Part shown: positions 36,759 through 45,149 of the stretch, one piece after another
How the letters are laid out: every line of letters starts with the position of its first letter
How positions within the stretch are numbered: the stretch's first letter is position 1
IMG/VR virus record: IMGVR_UViG_2974696732_000001
Origin: a virus
Taxonomy: Duplodnaviria > Heunggongvirae > Uroviricota > Caudoviricetes
Length of the DNA: 64,000 bases
Strand: one strand, 5' to 3'
Program-made: the position numbers and the translations under genes
Notes under the pieces: generated by a model
The model's database searches: none
What the model was told of the DNA's origin: nothing
The model's input: only the letters and a program-made list of their open reading frames with translations

Positions 36759-36833
36759 GGGTTGGTAGCTCAATTGGATTAGAGCGCTGCGTTGTGGTCG
36801 CAGTGGTTGAGGGTTCGAGTCCCTTCCTTCCCA
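36759..36833 (+). tRNA. tRNA-His(GTG)
   Basis: TAGCTCAATTGGATTAGAGC D-arm, anticodon stem CTGCG/CGCAG with loop TTGTGGT. Two acceptor mismatches. Confidence 0.55.
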
Positions 36834-37015
36834 CTTGTTAGTCACCTGTGCTGCTAGGGATAATGGGCAGCCTCGCATAGGGTGCAAGGATTGCAGGAAA
36901 CTCGGCGCGCAGAGACCAGCAATCTCGTAAAAAGCTATCCCGGAAACTTGGGTGGCTGTACGGCAAAAGGTCCGTATGGTGATATCTCTCCAAACTCCCT
37001 AAAGGTTTGGCGCAA

Positions 37016-37087
37016 GGGCATGTAGCTCAGTTGGTAGAGCTTCGGTGTGAAGTACCGAGTGCGAGGGTTCGATTCCCTACTTGCCCA
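37016..37087 (+). tRNA. tRNA-Phe(GAA)
   Basis: GCTCAGTTGGTAGAGC D-arm, anticodon stem TCGGT/ACCGA with loop GTGAAGT. Confidence 0.75.
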
Positions 37088-37088
37088 C

Positions 37089-37421
37089 ATGAATAGAATG
37101 AGAAAGGTGGCCAGTGTTGCTAGCCTTCTTCTCGTTCTTGTTGGTTGCGGTTCTAGTGAAGACGAAAACAAGCTTACAACAAAGGACAAGGCTTATATCA
37201 AAGTCGTACGAGAAGAGATTACTGGCGTTCAAGACATGAGTGACGAAAAGTTGGTAGCGCTAGCAATCACAGCTTGTGAAGTCTCCAGTAGCGGGGAAAA
37301 CTTCTTTGAAACTGTCAGGAAGATTAGTAATTACAACCTGACTGAAAGCGATGCCTCTTATCTGACAGGAGCCGCATTCGCAGCTTACTGTCCAGAAAAT
37401 CTAGAGAAACTTGACCAGTGA
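37089..37421 (+). CDS. lipoprotein
   Basis: Signal peptide with an LVGC lipobox. Trimmed from 37047 to clear tRNA-Phe. Confidence 0.5.
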   Translation: MNRMRKVASVASLLLVLVGCGSSEDENKLTTKDKAYIKVVREEITGVQDMSDEKLVALAITACEVSSSGENFFETVRKISNYNLTESDASYLTGAAFAAYCPENLEKLDQ

Positions 37422-37662
37422 CATGATGCAGATAGAGATACACTACTCCTTCGGAGAAGGTCCCTTCATAGTAGGAGGGGAGATTGACGAAATTCCCTTC
37501 GAACTTAAATACTACAATGGAGAGGCTGAACTCGTCGTTCTCACAAGCAGTTTTGTTCTCTACACTGGTGCAACGTACAATCCGTTGCTTGGCAAGCTTG
37601 ACCATCTTATGACTGGTCAGTTGATTTTCAATCTAGCCCGGCAACTTGACAGCGAGTTCTGA
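37411..37662 (+). CDS. hypothetical protein
   Basis: 83-aa ORF. Confidence 0.4.
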   Translation: MTSDMMQIEIHYSFGEGPFIVGGEIDEIPFELKYYNGEAELVVLTSSFVLYTGATYNPLLGKLDHLMTGQLIFNLARQLDSEF

Positions 37663-37674
37663 TTGCTGTAATGT
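37646..37674 (+). promoter_or_regulatory. promoter TTGACA-N17-TAATGT
   Basis: Upstream of tRNA-Cys/Thr; overlaps the end of an ORF. Confidence 0.4.
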
Positions 37675-37681
37675 AGTCATT

Positions 37682-37756
37682 GGGGTAGATGTAGCGGGTG
37701 CTGCCGACAGTCTGCAAAACTGTTCGTATATTGGAGTTCGACTCTCCTCTATCCCT
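37682..37756 (+). tRNA. tRNA-Cys(GCA)
   Basis: Acceptor GGGGTAG/CTATCCC, anticodon stem ACAGT/ACTGT with loop CTGCAAA. Confidence 0.75.
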
Positions 37757-37772
37757 CTGGTATAATAACAAT

Positions 37773-37847
37773 GCCACCTTAGCTCATTTGGTGTAGAGCG
37801 ACGCTCTTGTAAAGCGTAGGCGAAGAGTTCGAAACTCTTAGGTGGCT
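37773..37847 (+). tRNA. tRNA-Thr(TGT)
   Basis: Acceptor GCCACCT/AGGTGGC, anticodon stem ACGCT/AGCGT with loop CTTGTAA, T-loop TTCGAAA. Confidence 0.8.
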
Positions 37848-37888
37848 CTTGATTTGCATTGTAATACGAATGACTTTACAATACAGGT

Positions 37889-38332
37889 ATGAAGATATGC
37901 ACTGGTTGTAAAGAATCCAAGCCTCTCAATGAGTTTGGTAATTGGAAGCGTAGCAAGGACGGAAAGTATCCAAGATGCATTCTGTGTAAACGAGACTACG
38001 ACAAAGAGTATTACAAGACAAATAGCAATCGTGCTGGATATTTGAAGGTCGCTGCGAAAGCCTTGACTGACAGAAATCAGCAATGGGTATGGGATTATCT
38101 ACTCAGCCATCCATGTGTTGACTGTGGAGAGCCTGACCCAATCGTTCTAGAGTTTGACCATGTTCGAGGAGAAAAGCATAGCAATATCTCCAAGATGATT
38201 AGAGTCAACAGTCTAGAAATGATTCAGACGGAGATTGCGAAGTGTGAAGTAAGATGTGCCAACTGTCATCGTCGTGTAACGTATAAACGTGCGGGATGGT
38301 TCGTAGGCACAGCCACTAATATTGGAATGTAA
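37889..38332 (+). CDS. HNH endonuclease
   Basis: EFDHVRGEKHSN..CANCHRR, with an N-terminal zinc ribbon. Confidence 0.65.
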   Translation: MKICTGCKESKPLNEFGNWKRSKDGKYPRCILCKRDYDKEYYKTNSNRAGYLKVAAKALTDRNQQWVWDYLLSHPCVDCGEPDPIVLEFDHVRGEKHSNISKMIRVNSLEMIQTEIAKCEVRCANCHRRVTYKRAGWFVGTATNIGM

Positions 38333-38450
38333 AGCGGTTCGAAACCGACAGGTGGCTCAATGGAAAGATATGGTGGGGAGAATGCAACCGAACCATCCTC
38401 TATCAATTCAGGACGGTCTAGTAGCTAGTTGCAGGTGAACGGCCTTTAAT

Positions 38451-38522
38451 GCCCCCATAGTGCTAGTGGTAACACATATCCTTGGTACGGATATATCGTC
38501 AGTTCGATTCTGACTGGGGGAT
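38451..38522 (+). tRNA. tRNA-Thr(GGT)
   Basis: Anticodon stem TATCC/GGATA with loop TTGGTAC, T-arm GTCAGTTCGATTCTGAC. Confidence 0.7.
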
Positions 38523-38652
38523 TCGAAAGGATGTGTTGTTGTGAGTGCACTAACACTTAGGCTAAAGGCCCTGTTTCTAAAGGCTAAGCCATATATTCCA
38601 CTGGCCCTAGCTTGGTGGAAGTCACGCAAGAACAAGGCTCGTTAAGAGCTAT

Positions 38653-38725
38653 CTCTCCATAGGCTAATTGGACAAACCAGAGTGCTACGAACGCTCAATT
38701 GTGGGTTCGAGTCCCGCTGGAGAGA
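38653..38725 (+). tRNA. tRNA-Arg(ACG)
   Basis: Acceptor CTCTCCA/TGGAGAG, anticodon stem GAGTG/CGCTC with loop CTACGAA, T-arm GTGGGTTCGAGTCCCGC. Confidence 0.7.
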
Positions 38726-38727
38726 CT

Positions 38728-38756
38728 GGCCCAAGTCAATAAGACTTGGGCCTTAA
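38728..38756 (+). terminator. hairpin terminator after tRNA-Arg(ACG)
   Basis: GGCCCAAGTC-AATAA-GACTTGGGCC + TT. Confidence 0.5.
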
Positions 38757-38778
38757 TTCATGTTGAAGGTGATTTAAC

Positions 38779-39012
38779 ATGCACGAAATCGACCGGTGGG
38801 AAGGAGAGGGAGGCCACTTGCATTACGACCTAACTCATAGAGAGAGAATAATGAAAATTCTCAAAGAGGCCGGTATTCGTTTTGAAGAAGATACATTTGG
38901 AGAGGAAGGAACAGACCAAGATATCACTGTCTATCCCAACAACGATGAGAGAGTCTACTTCTCCTTTCATCCAGATGGGTTTCTAGACAATATCAACGTC
39001 TTTTATTCATGA
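38779..39012 (+). CDS. hypothetical protein
   Basis: 77-aa ORF. Confidence 0.4.
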   Translation: MHEIDRWEGEGGHLHYDLTHRERIMKILKEAGIRFEEDTFGEEGTDQDITVYPNNDERVYFSFHPDGFLDNINVFYS

Positions 39013-39566
39013 AGATTTTTTACGACACAGAGTTCTTTGAGTGTGGACCCAAGCACCCAATCAGATTCATCAGTCTTGGGGCAGTACGTGACGACGGCAA
39101 CGAGCTGTATCTCATCACGAACAACCTCTACACGCTCAACAGAGCAAACCAGAATCCATGGCTGGCCGAGAACGTCATCAAGCATTTGCCGGTAAAGCAG
39201 AACAAGGATGGAAGGCTTGCATGGGACATCCAGCATCCTGACTATGCTCGCGTTCTGCCGAACGAGGTGATTGCTGGACTATGGAGAGATTTCGTTCTGG
39301 ACTACGATGCCGAGTACGAGTTTGACAAGCCTGAGCTATGGGGCTACTATCCTTCATATGACCACGTAGTCATCAGCCAGCTCTTTGGCAGGATGATTGA
39401 CTTGCCAGAAGGCCATCCTATGTATACAATGGACATCAAGCAGCGCTGGCACAATGAAGGTCGGCCTGGCCTGCCTGTGCAAGAAGCCAATGCTCACAGA
39501 GCACTTGACGACGCACGATGGAACAAGGTAGCATATGAGTACCTTGATGAGTACGCCAATAAGTGA
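39009..39566 (+). CDS. DEDDh 3'-5' exonuclease (DnaQ/RNase T-like)
   Basis: Exo I IFYDTEF, Exo II YDHVVI, Exo III HRALDDA. Sits immediately upstream of the tmRNA. Confidence 0.65.
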   Translation: MKIFYDTEFFECGPKHPIRFISLGAVRDDGNELYLITNNLYTLNRANQNPWLAENVIKHLPVKQNKDGRLAWDIQHPDYARVLPNEVIAGLWRDFVLDYDAEYEFDKPELWGYYPSYDHVVISQLFGRMIDLPEGHPMYTMDIKQRWHNEGRPGLPVQEANAHRALDDARWNKVAYEYLDEYANK

Positions 39567-39576
39567 CTCATCGCCT

Positions 39577-39842
39577 GGGGATGCCTTGGTTTCGACTGGG
39601 GTGGATGACATTAGTTTGCAGCCCGACATTGAGGAGATGTCGTTAAAGAGCCTCAAACCCATAAATGCCAACTCTAAGTTCGCATTCGCTCTTGCTGCCT
39701 GACGGTAGCTGAGCGGGGCTAGTGGGCGGCCTGGCAACAGAATAGCCCACCACAAACTTTCTTGTAACACCCCTTGACACATGGCTGTGTATAGACTACT
39801 GTTTGAAGCATCAGGACGCGGGTTCGACTCCCGCCATCTCCA
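39577..39842 (+). ncRNA. ssrA: tmRNA (SsrA), tag peptide ANSKFAFALAA
   Basis: 5' end GGGGATGCCTTGGTTTCGACTGGGG resembles the bacterial tmRNA 5' end. Tag ORF GCC AAC TCT AAG TTC GCA TTC GCT CTT GCT GCC TGA at 39667-39702. 3' T-arm GACGCGGGTTCGACTCCCGCC. Acceptor pairing GGGGATG/CATCTCC. Confidence 0.8.
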
Positions 39843-39914
39843 CGTGGATTACGAAACACTAATGAACAAGTGGATGAAAGTAATCAGAGATAAGAAAGGT
39901 TCTGTTACAGAATC

Positions 39915-39943
39915 TTGACACAGAACACTCGATACAGTACAGT
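39915..39943 (+). promoter_or_regulatory. promoter TTGACA-N17-TACAGT
   Basis: Upstream of the NlpC/P60 gene. Confidence 0.45.
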
Positions 39944-40083
39944 TGAATGCACGTGAGCCTACCGACCTATTAGGAGGAATCTATTCCTCCAACAGAAAGA
40001 AAGCTCAAGCACAACTCAATAGGACAAAATTAGGATTCCCGATGAATACCTAGTTGCGTAGGCTCCACTAACATTGGAGTTAT

Positions 40084-40542
40084 ATGTATAAGTCAGCGAT
40101 AGCTGCGATACTGGTCGCCTCTGCTATTGTGGTGGCAACGCCCGGTCAGTCAGAGGCAGCAACATTGAAGTCAAAGGCCCTTGCTGTTGCTAAGGCGCAG
40201 AAGGGAGATAGATATCAATACGGTGCTGAGGGACCAAATGCTTTCGATTGTTCCGGACTCTCTTGGTATTCATACAAGAAGGCTGGCAAGACAGTCAAGC
40301 GCGTAGCTAATGACCAGTACAACGCTTCTAAGCACATCAGTGCAAGCGCTGCACAGCCAGGAGACCTTGTATTTTTCAAGTACAAGTCTGGTGGTAAGGT
40401 CTTTCACATGGGCATTGTGTCCAAGAAGGGGTACATGGTCCATGCAAATGCTGGTGGATACTATGGCAAAAAGGTAATTGAGGAGAAGATTGCTCCATAT
40501 TGGGGTAAGAATTACAGAGTCTACTACGGCTCTGTCAAGTAG
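40084..40542 (+). CDS. NlpC/P60 peptidoglycan endopeptidase (endolysin-like)
   Basis: Signal peptide, catalytic Cys in DCSGLSWY and downstream His residues. Confidence 0.7.
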   Translation: MYKSAIAAILVASAIVVATPGQSEAATLKSKALAVAKAQKGDRYQYGAEGPNAFDCSGLSWYSYKKAGKTVKRVANDQYNASKHISASAAQPGDLVFFKYKSGGKVFHMGIVSKKGYMVHANAGGYYGKKVIEEKIAPYWGKNYRVYYGSVK

Positions 40543-40544
40543 GA

Positions 40545-40874
40545 GTGAAAATGGCTCGTGAGTACAAGATTTGGGTTGACGATGAGCGACCCAAGCCTGA
40601 CGACAGTTGGACACCAATGAAGAACAGCACAGTTGCGATTCTTCTGTTGAAAGCCCTCAAGCGTCGTGGTATTGTACCACGGGCCATTTCGCTTGACCAT
40701 GACCTTGGATTGTCCAGGGTTACAGGGCTTGAGGACACGACTCGTTCCGTGGTACTGTGGATGTGCGAGAACGACTTCTGGCCGACAGAGGTCTACGTTC
40801 ACACTGCCAATCCTGTTGGTCGTGAGTGGCTTGAAGGCATGGTTGACAGATACGGACCTGGAGTGTCACGATGA
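40545..40874 (+). CDS. hypothetical protein
   Basis: 109-aa ORF. Confidence 0.45.
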   Translation: MKMAREYKIWVDDERPKPDDSWTPMKNSTVAILLLKALKRRGIVPRAISLDHDLGLSRVTGLEDTTRSVVLWMCENDFWPTEVYVHTANPVGREWLEGMVDRYGPGVSR

Positions 40875-41041
40875 GAGAGTACGAAGCGGACGAATGGACG
40901 CTTGAGATGGCTCTTGGACGGGCCATGGATAATGATGGCTTGACCTTCGGCGAAGTCTGTGCCATGATTCTTATCACAGAGGGACAAGTTCCCTGGAACA
41001 ACAACCCCGGTGTATTTGAGGGGTTTCAGCCCAAGGAGTAG
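40871..41041 (+). CDS. small protein (56 aa)
   Basis: Not in the track; ATGA overlap. Confidence 0.3.
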   Translation: MREYEADEWTLEMALGRAMDNDGLTFGEVCAMILITEGQVPWNNNPGVFEGFQPKE

Positions 41042-41042
41042 G

Positions 41043-41450
41043 ATGCGTACCAAAACAGTTATCAAACTGGTGCGTAATCTCACCCCGGCAGAATATCGCA
41101 AATGCTATAGCCTTAACCTAAGATGGGGTGGCTATATGCAGGAGGAGCTGATGTTCGCCCGGCGCGGTGAGAGAGGCGATGCAAAGGCCGTGTTGATTAT
41201 GGAGTCTGAGACTGATAGACTCATCGCATGGTCGCTGCTTCTTCCCAAGGATGAGCAAATGATTGCTCATTACTACACCAGGGCCTCTTGCAGACGGCAG
41301 GGCTTCGGTGATAGACTGATGAAGTCAGTGCAGAAGATTGCGCCAAAGCCAATCGTTGTACCTGGCGAAGATATTCAGAGTCAGCGTTTCTTTGGAAAGC
41401 ACAAGGAAAACCTGACCATCACAAACGTTTACTCACTCTACGAAAGTTGA
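41043..41450 (+). CDS. GNAT N-acetyltransferase
   Basis: RRQGFGDRLM motif A. Trimmed to ATG 41043 with an AAGGAG RBS. Confidence 0.55.
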   Translation: MRTKTVIKLVRNLTPAEYRKCYSLNLRWGGYMQEELMFARRGERGDAKAVLIMESETDRLIAWSLLLPKDEQMIAHYYTRASCRRQGFGDRLMKSVQKIAPKPIVVPGEDIQSQRFFGKHKENLTITNVYSLYES

Positions 41451-41677
41451 TAAAAACAATGGCTACTAAGACCAAGGCGTTCGAGCTTCGTTCCACCGAC
41501 AAGGCTGACACTTTCAACCTGTTCATCAAGGGCAAGTGGGTCGGTCTGGTCGAGACGAGCAAGGCTCCCAACCGTAAGACCAACTTCCGTCTGCACGGTG
41601 GACGTGGTAACTGGGAGGATGTTGTCGGCACGAAGAAGGACTTCGAGACCTTCGCTAAGGACAAGTTCTCCAAGTAA
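41447..41677 (+). CDS. hypothetical protein
   Basis: 76-aa ORF. Confidence 0.45.
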   Translation: MIKTMATKTKAFELRSTDKADTFNLFIKGKWVGLVETSKAPNRKTNFRLHGGRGNWEDVVGTKKDFETFAKDKFSK

Positions 41678-41699
41678 AAGCCCGGCCCGAAAGGGTCAT

Positions 41700-41773
41700 T
41701 GTCACGTAATTCAATTGGCAGAATCAATGCCCTTGGCCAGGGTAGGTTAGAGGTTCGAGTCCTCTCGTGACAG
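41700..41773 (+). tRNA. tRNA (anticodon undetermined; loop region CCTTGGCCA)
   Basis: Acceptor TGTCACG/CGTGACA perfect, D-stem ATTC/GAAT, T-arm AGAGGTTCGAGTCCTCT. Confidence 0.5.
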
Positions 41774-41851
41774 CAAGTCAATTAGACTTCATAACCTTCC
41801 TCCTGCTATACTAAGACTGCCTAATCCATCAGAGGCAGGAGGATTGAAAAT

Positions 41852-42310
41852 ATGGATTTTGTAGAACATTTGGGCTACCAATACCTAACTGACCTTCTGA
41901 CGGAAATCCGCGTAGGCCAGCAGGGATTGGAGGAACAAATGGCAGACCTAACAACCGAGGTTGCAAACCTCCGTGAGGCAGTAAGCGGTGTCAGTGCACG
42001 TGTTGACGCACTTGTTGGACCACTTACGGATGCCGTTAGAGAGGCACAGGATGCCCTTGCAGCAGAGCGTGAAGCAGCAGCTAATCTAGCAGCCGCAGAA
42101 GACGCTGAGGACGTTGAGCAGAACCGTCAGCTAGATGAGGCTAAGGCCGCTACTGACGCAGCTCTGGCAAATGCTCAGAGCGCAGCAGACGAAATCAGCA
42201 ATGAGACAGCACGTCTTAACTCTATTGCAAAGCCAGCCGAGGAGCCTACTCCAGAGCAGCCAACAGAGCCAACGCCAGATGAGCCATCTGGCCCATCAGT
42301 ACAGCTCTGA
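41852..42310 (+). CDS. Ala/Glu-rich coiled-coil protein
   Basis: 152-aa low-complexity coiled coil. Confidence 0.45.
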   Translation: MDFVEHLGYQYLTDLLTEIRVGQQGLEEQMADLTTEVANLREAVSGVSARVDALVGPLTDAVREAQDALAAEREAAANLAAAEDAEDVEQNRQLDEAKAATDAALANAQSAADEISNETARLNSIAKPAEEPTPEQPTEPTPDEPSGPSVQL

Positions 42311-42426
42311 GTTTGACCCCCCTTGACAACCAGCTTAGCCAAGTGTTAGGCTGGTTGTCTCATGCCGGGGAAGTTCTTTGGTAAGAACAGTCTCTCTATA
42401 GTGTTCATTTGATTGTGCACGGTCTC

Positions 42427-42455
42427 TTGACACCTCCTAGTAGCGCTGCTAGGAT
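42427..42455 (+). promoter_or_regulatory. promoter TTGACA-N17-TAGGAT
   Basis: Followed immediately by the minihelix at 42458. Confidence 0.45.
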
Positions 42456-42457
42456 GA

Positions 42458-42494
42458 CAGAGTAGAAAGGTTGGAGGTTCGATTCCTCCCTCTG
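42458..42494 (+). ncRNA. tRNA minihelix-like element directly downstream of a promoter
   Basis: CAGAG..CTCTG stem enclosing GGAGGTTCGATTCCTCC. Begins about 3 nt after the -10 at 42450-42455. Confidence 0.3.
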
Positions 42495-42590
42495 GCACTT
42501 AATGAAAACTATCAATTCGAAGAGTGGAAGGAGCGTAATGATTTACGACCCTGGTTAGTGTAGTCACTAACTTTGAAGGAGTGAATTATT

Positions 42591-42878
42591 ATGGCAACTG
42601 GCAAGGAGCGCGGCTACAAGGACTGGAAGCTTTCCAAGAACTTCAAGCGCAGCGCTCGAAACTACACTGAGTCCGACACCATTACTCGTGGTCGCAAGAA
42701 GAAAAACACGCGCAAGTGGTGCAAGGGCGTTGAGGGAAGGAAGCACACTCTCGCGCTTTACAACAAGTATTCCTGGAGCCACAGCCACAAGTGTGTTAAG
42801 TGTGGCAAGGAAATCTGGGGACCTGTTAATCGTGATGAGTTTGAGTTCGTTCCCATGCGTTGGGAAGACTTCCACTGA
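42591..42878 (+). CDS. small basic zinc-binding protein
   Basis: HKCVKCGKEIWG. Confidence 0.4.
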   Translation: MATGKERGYKDWKLSKNFKRSARNYTESDTITRGRKKKNTRKWCKGVEGRKHTLALYNKYSWSHSHKCVKCGKEIWGPVNRDEFEFVPMRWEDFH

Positions 42879-43063
42879 TGCAACTCAAGATGTACGCAAT
42901 TGCCTGTGACCAAGCAGAAGCTATCAAAAACTGCTACACAGGCAAGTACACAAATCAACCATTTTGGCCAGAGCACAAAACTCTGGTTCCATATCTAGAA
43001 AAGGCCAGGGAGGAAAACCCTGACCTTCCACTAAAAATCTTTGTCATTAAGGTGAGTGGATAA
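42860..43063 (+). CDS. hypothetical protein
   Basis: 67-aa ORF. Confidence 0.35.
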   Translation: MGRLPLMQLKMYAIACDQAEAIKNCYTGKYTNQPFWPEHKTLVPYLEKAREENPDLPLKIFVIKVSG

Positions 43064-43328
43064 ATTGGCCGGAAACAAGAACAGCCGTAAGAAGTGGCTT
43101 TGCCTTGACTGTGGTGTTGACACTGGCAAGATTGGCGAACACTTCTTTCTCGACATGAAGGTCTGGTCCTTGACAGGGCTTGGGCACGAAGGTATGCTTT
43201 GTGTAGAGCACGTTGAGGAGCGAATCGGCAGGCGTCTTGTTCCGGCCGATTTTACTTCTGCCTACATCAACCGCTTGAACTTCGGGTTCAAGTCTGATAG
43301 GCTCATCTCACGAATCAAGAACAACTAG
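43056..43328 (+). CDS. hypothetical zinc-ribbon protein
   Basis: CLDCGVDTGK..CVEH. Confidence 0.4.
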   Translation: MDKLAGNKNSRKKWLCLDCGVDTGKIGEHFFLDMKVWSLTGLGHEGMLCVEHVEERIGRRLVPADFTSAYINRLNFGFKSDRLISRIKNN

Positions 43329-43336
43329 GAGGACCG

Positions 43337-44434
43337 ATGAAGTTCACCAAGATTTTCTCTCAGGACTTGCTTGACCAGATGGTCAACGAGGGTTTTGTTC
43401 GGGTGCAGACTCATCCGGTTCTCCCTCTGCGAATTCTGAACTACTCTGAGAAGGCTCAGTTTGCGGGTCGATGGAACGCCTGCACGCTTGCGTGCCGTGG
43501 TCTCATCATCGACCAGGACGACAATGTAATTGCTCGTCCTTTCGAGAAGTTCTTCAACATGGGGGACTCTCACGCTGCTGACATCGACTGGGATGCTCCG
43601 GTTGAGGTGACGGACAAGAAGGATGGCTCCATGGGCATCCTTTACTCGATTCGTCCTTACAACCCTGACATGCCGCCTTACGGTCACGAGTACAGCTTTG
43701 CTACCCGTGGTAGTTTTGCTTCTGACCAGGCAATTCACGCTACTAAGCTTTGGCTTGAGCGTTACAAGAACACTGCCGTGCCTCATGACTGGACGTTCAT
43801 TTTCGAGATTGTCTACCCTGACAACCGAATCGTCCTGGATTACGGAGACATGGACGACCTTATCCTTCTGGGTGCGGTCAACAAGGAGCACGGTTACGTG
43901 TACGGTCCTCGTGAGGCTGCGGCTTTGCTGGATTGGCAGGGGCCGGTAACCGAGGTGTTCGATTACAAGAACATTCACGAGGCTGTTGGTGCACCTTACC
44001 GCAGCAACGCTGAGGGTCTTGTTATTCGTTCTGGTGGCAAGATGGTCAAGCTCAAGCAGGCTGATTACATTGAGCTTCATCGACTCATTTCAATGCTTTC
44101 AGAGCGCTCTGTATGGAGTCAGCTCACTGAGGGCAAGACGATTCTGGAGATTTGTGAGGCTCTGCCTGACGAGTTTCACCAGTTCGTCAAGGATGTCGGT
44201 GGCAAGTTGCTCAGTGACTTCGAGCGCATTGAGATTGAGGTGCGTGGAATCTTCCACAACCTTCTTTCTTCAATGGACGAGGGGTTCACTCGACGCGATT
44301 TCGCAATGAAGGCCAACGGAGTTGACCACTACCGCAGCCACATGTTCAACCTGCTTGACGGGAAGGACATCAGTGAGCTAATCTGGAAGCAGTTGAAGCC
44401 CGCAGCCAAGAGTGAGGATGGATACCCGCAGTGA
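43337..44434 (+). CDS. RNA ligase, T4 Rnl1-like
   Basis: ACRGLII and EKFFNMGD match the Rnl1 N-terminal region. Motif I is KKDGSMG (the KxDG lysine adenylylation site). Confidence 0.75.
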   Translation: MKFTKIFSQDLLDQMVNEGFVRVQTHPVLPLRILNYSEKAQFAGRWNACTLACRGLIIDQDDNVIARPFEKFFNMGDSHAADIDWDAPVEVTDKKDGSMGILYSIRPYNPDMPPYGHEYSFATRGSFASDQAIHATKLWLERYKNTAVPHDWTFIFEIVYPDNRIVLDYGDMDDLILLGAVNKEHGYVYGPREAAALLDWQGPVTEVFDYKNIHEAVGAPYRSNAEGLVIRSGGKMVKLKQADYIELHRLISMLSERSVWSQLTEGKTILEICEALPDEFHQFVKDVGGKLLSDFERIEIEVRGIFHNLLSSMDEGFTRRDFAMKANGVDHYRSHMFNLLDGKDISELIWKQLKPAAKSEDGYPQ

Positions 44435-44631
44435 AGCTTTACTTCGTAAGCATCGTTCTGGTAGACGAGCAGAGGCGGGAATACTCTTTCTCGATGACCA
44501 TTCCGGCTACCAGCCGTGAAGCAGCCAAGGCTGCCGTTATCGGAATCGGAATGGAAATCAACGAAGCTACTGGCCACAAGTTGAAGGTCAGTAATGAATC
44601 TCACGCGACAGACACAGGTCGCACAATCTAA
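44431..44631 (+). CDS. hypothetical protein
   Basis: 66-aa ORF. Confidence 0.4.
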   Translation: MKLYFVSIVLVDEQRREYSFSMTIPATSREAAKAAVIGIGMEINEATGHKLKVSNESHATDTGRTI

Positions 44632-44640
44632 GGTGGAAAA

Positions 44641-44778
44641 TTGTCTGACACTACTCGTACTGCCGATGAGGCCGTTTCCAACGCGAAGGTCATTGCGGTT
44701 GCTGTGTGGAGCTGGCTTGCCAGTCATCCTGCGGTGCTTGCCGTTGTGTTCTTCCTGCTTGGCTTCCTCATTGGCTAA
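44641..44778 (+). CDS. small membrane protein (45 aa)
   Basis: Not in the track. TTG start with an AAGGTGGA RBS. Confidence 0.3.
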   Translation: MSDTTRTADEAVSNAKVIAVAVWSWLASHPAVLAVVFFLLGFLIG

Positions 44779-44781
44779 GTC

Positions 44782-44973
44782 ATGAGGAATGTATTTCGGG
44801 CGGCAGCTCAAAAGGCTGTACGTGAAGGTATATGCACACCTGGTATAGGGTGTGGACAACCCATAAGAGAGGAAGACTTCACAGATGATGTTTCTCGTAG
44901 AGAGTCAAAAATCTCAGGTCTCTGCCAGTCCTGTCAAGATAGGGTCTACGCAGACGACCCCGAAGATGGGTGA
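44782..44973 (+). CDS. hypothetical protein
   Basis: 63-aa ORF. Confidence 0.35.
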   Translation: MRNVFRAAAQKAVREGICTPGIGCGQPIREEDFTDDVSRRESKISGLCQSCQDRVYADDPEDG

Positions 44974-45059
44974 AGAAGCATTCAGGTGTTCTGAGTGCCA
45001 GTACCAGTTTCCGTATCATGCGGACAACTGTTCGTACAATATGAACAACAAGTGACACT

Positions 45060-45080
45060 GGGCCCTCCGGGGCCCTTTGT
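45060..45080 (+). terminator. terminator hairpin
   Basis: GGGCCC-TCCG-GGGCCC + TTTGTTG. Confidence 0.5.
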
Positions 45081-45092
45081 TGCGTCTAGGGG

Positions 45093-45121
45093 TTGACACC
45101 ATCCTGGGCATCGACTAGAGT
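45093..45121 (+). promoter_or_regulatory. promoter TTGACA-N17-TAGAGT (pnk)
   Basis: GGGGTTGACACC..TAGAGTAGAGC, consensus family. Confidence 0.6.
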
Positions 45122-45149
45122 AGAGCTAACAACAACGAAGGGAAACAAG

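Noticed and set aside
39774-39802. TTGACA-N17-TACTGT promoter-like match
   Set aside because: It lies inside the tmRNA gene body, so it is most likely a fortuitous match.
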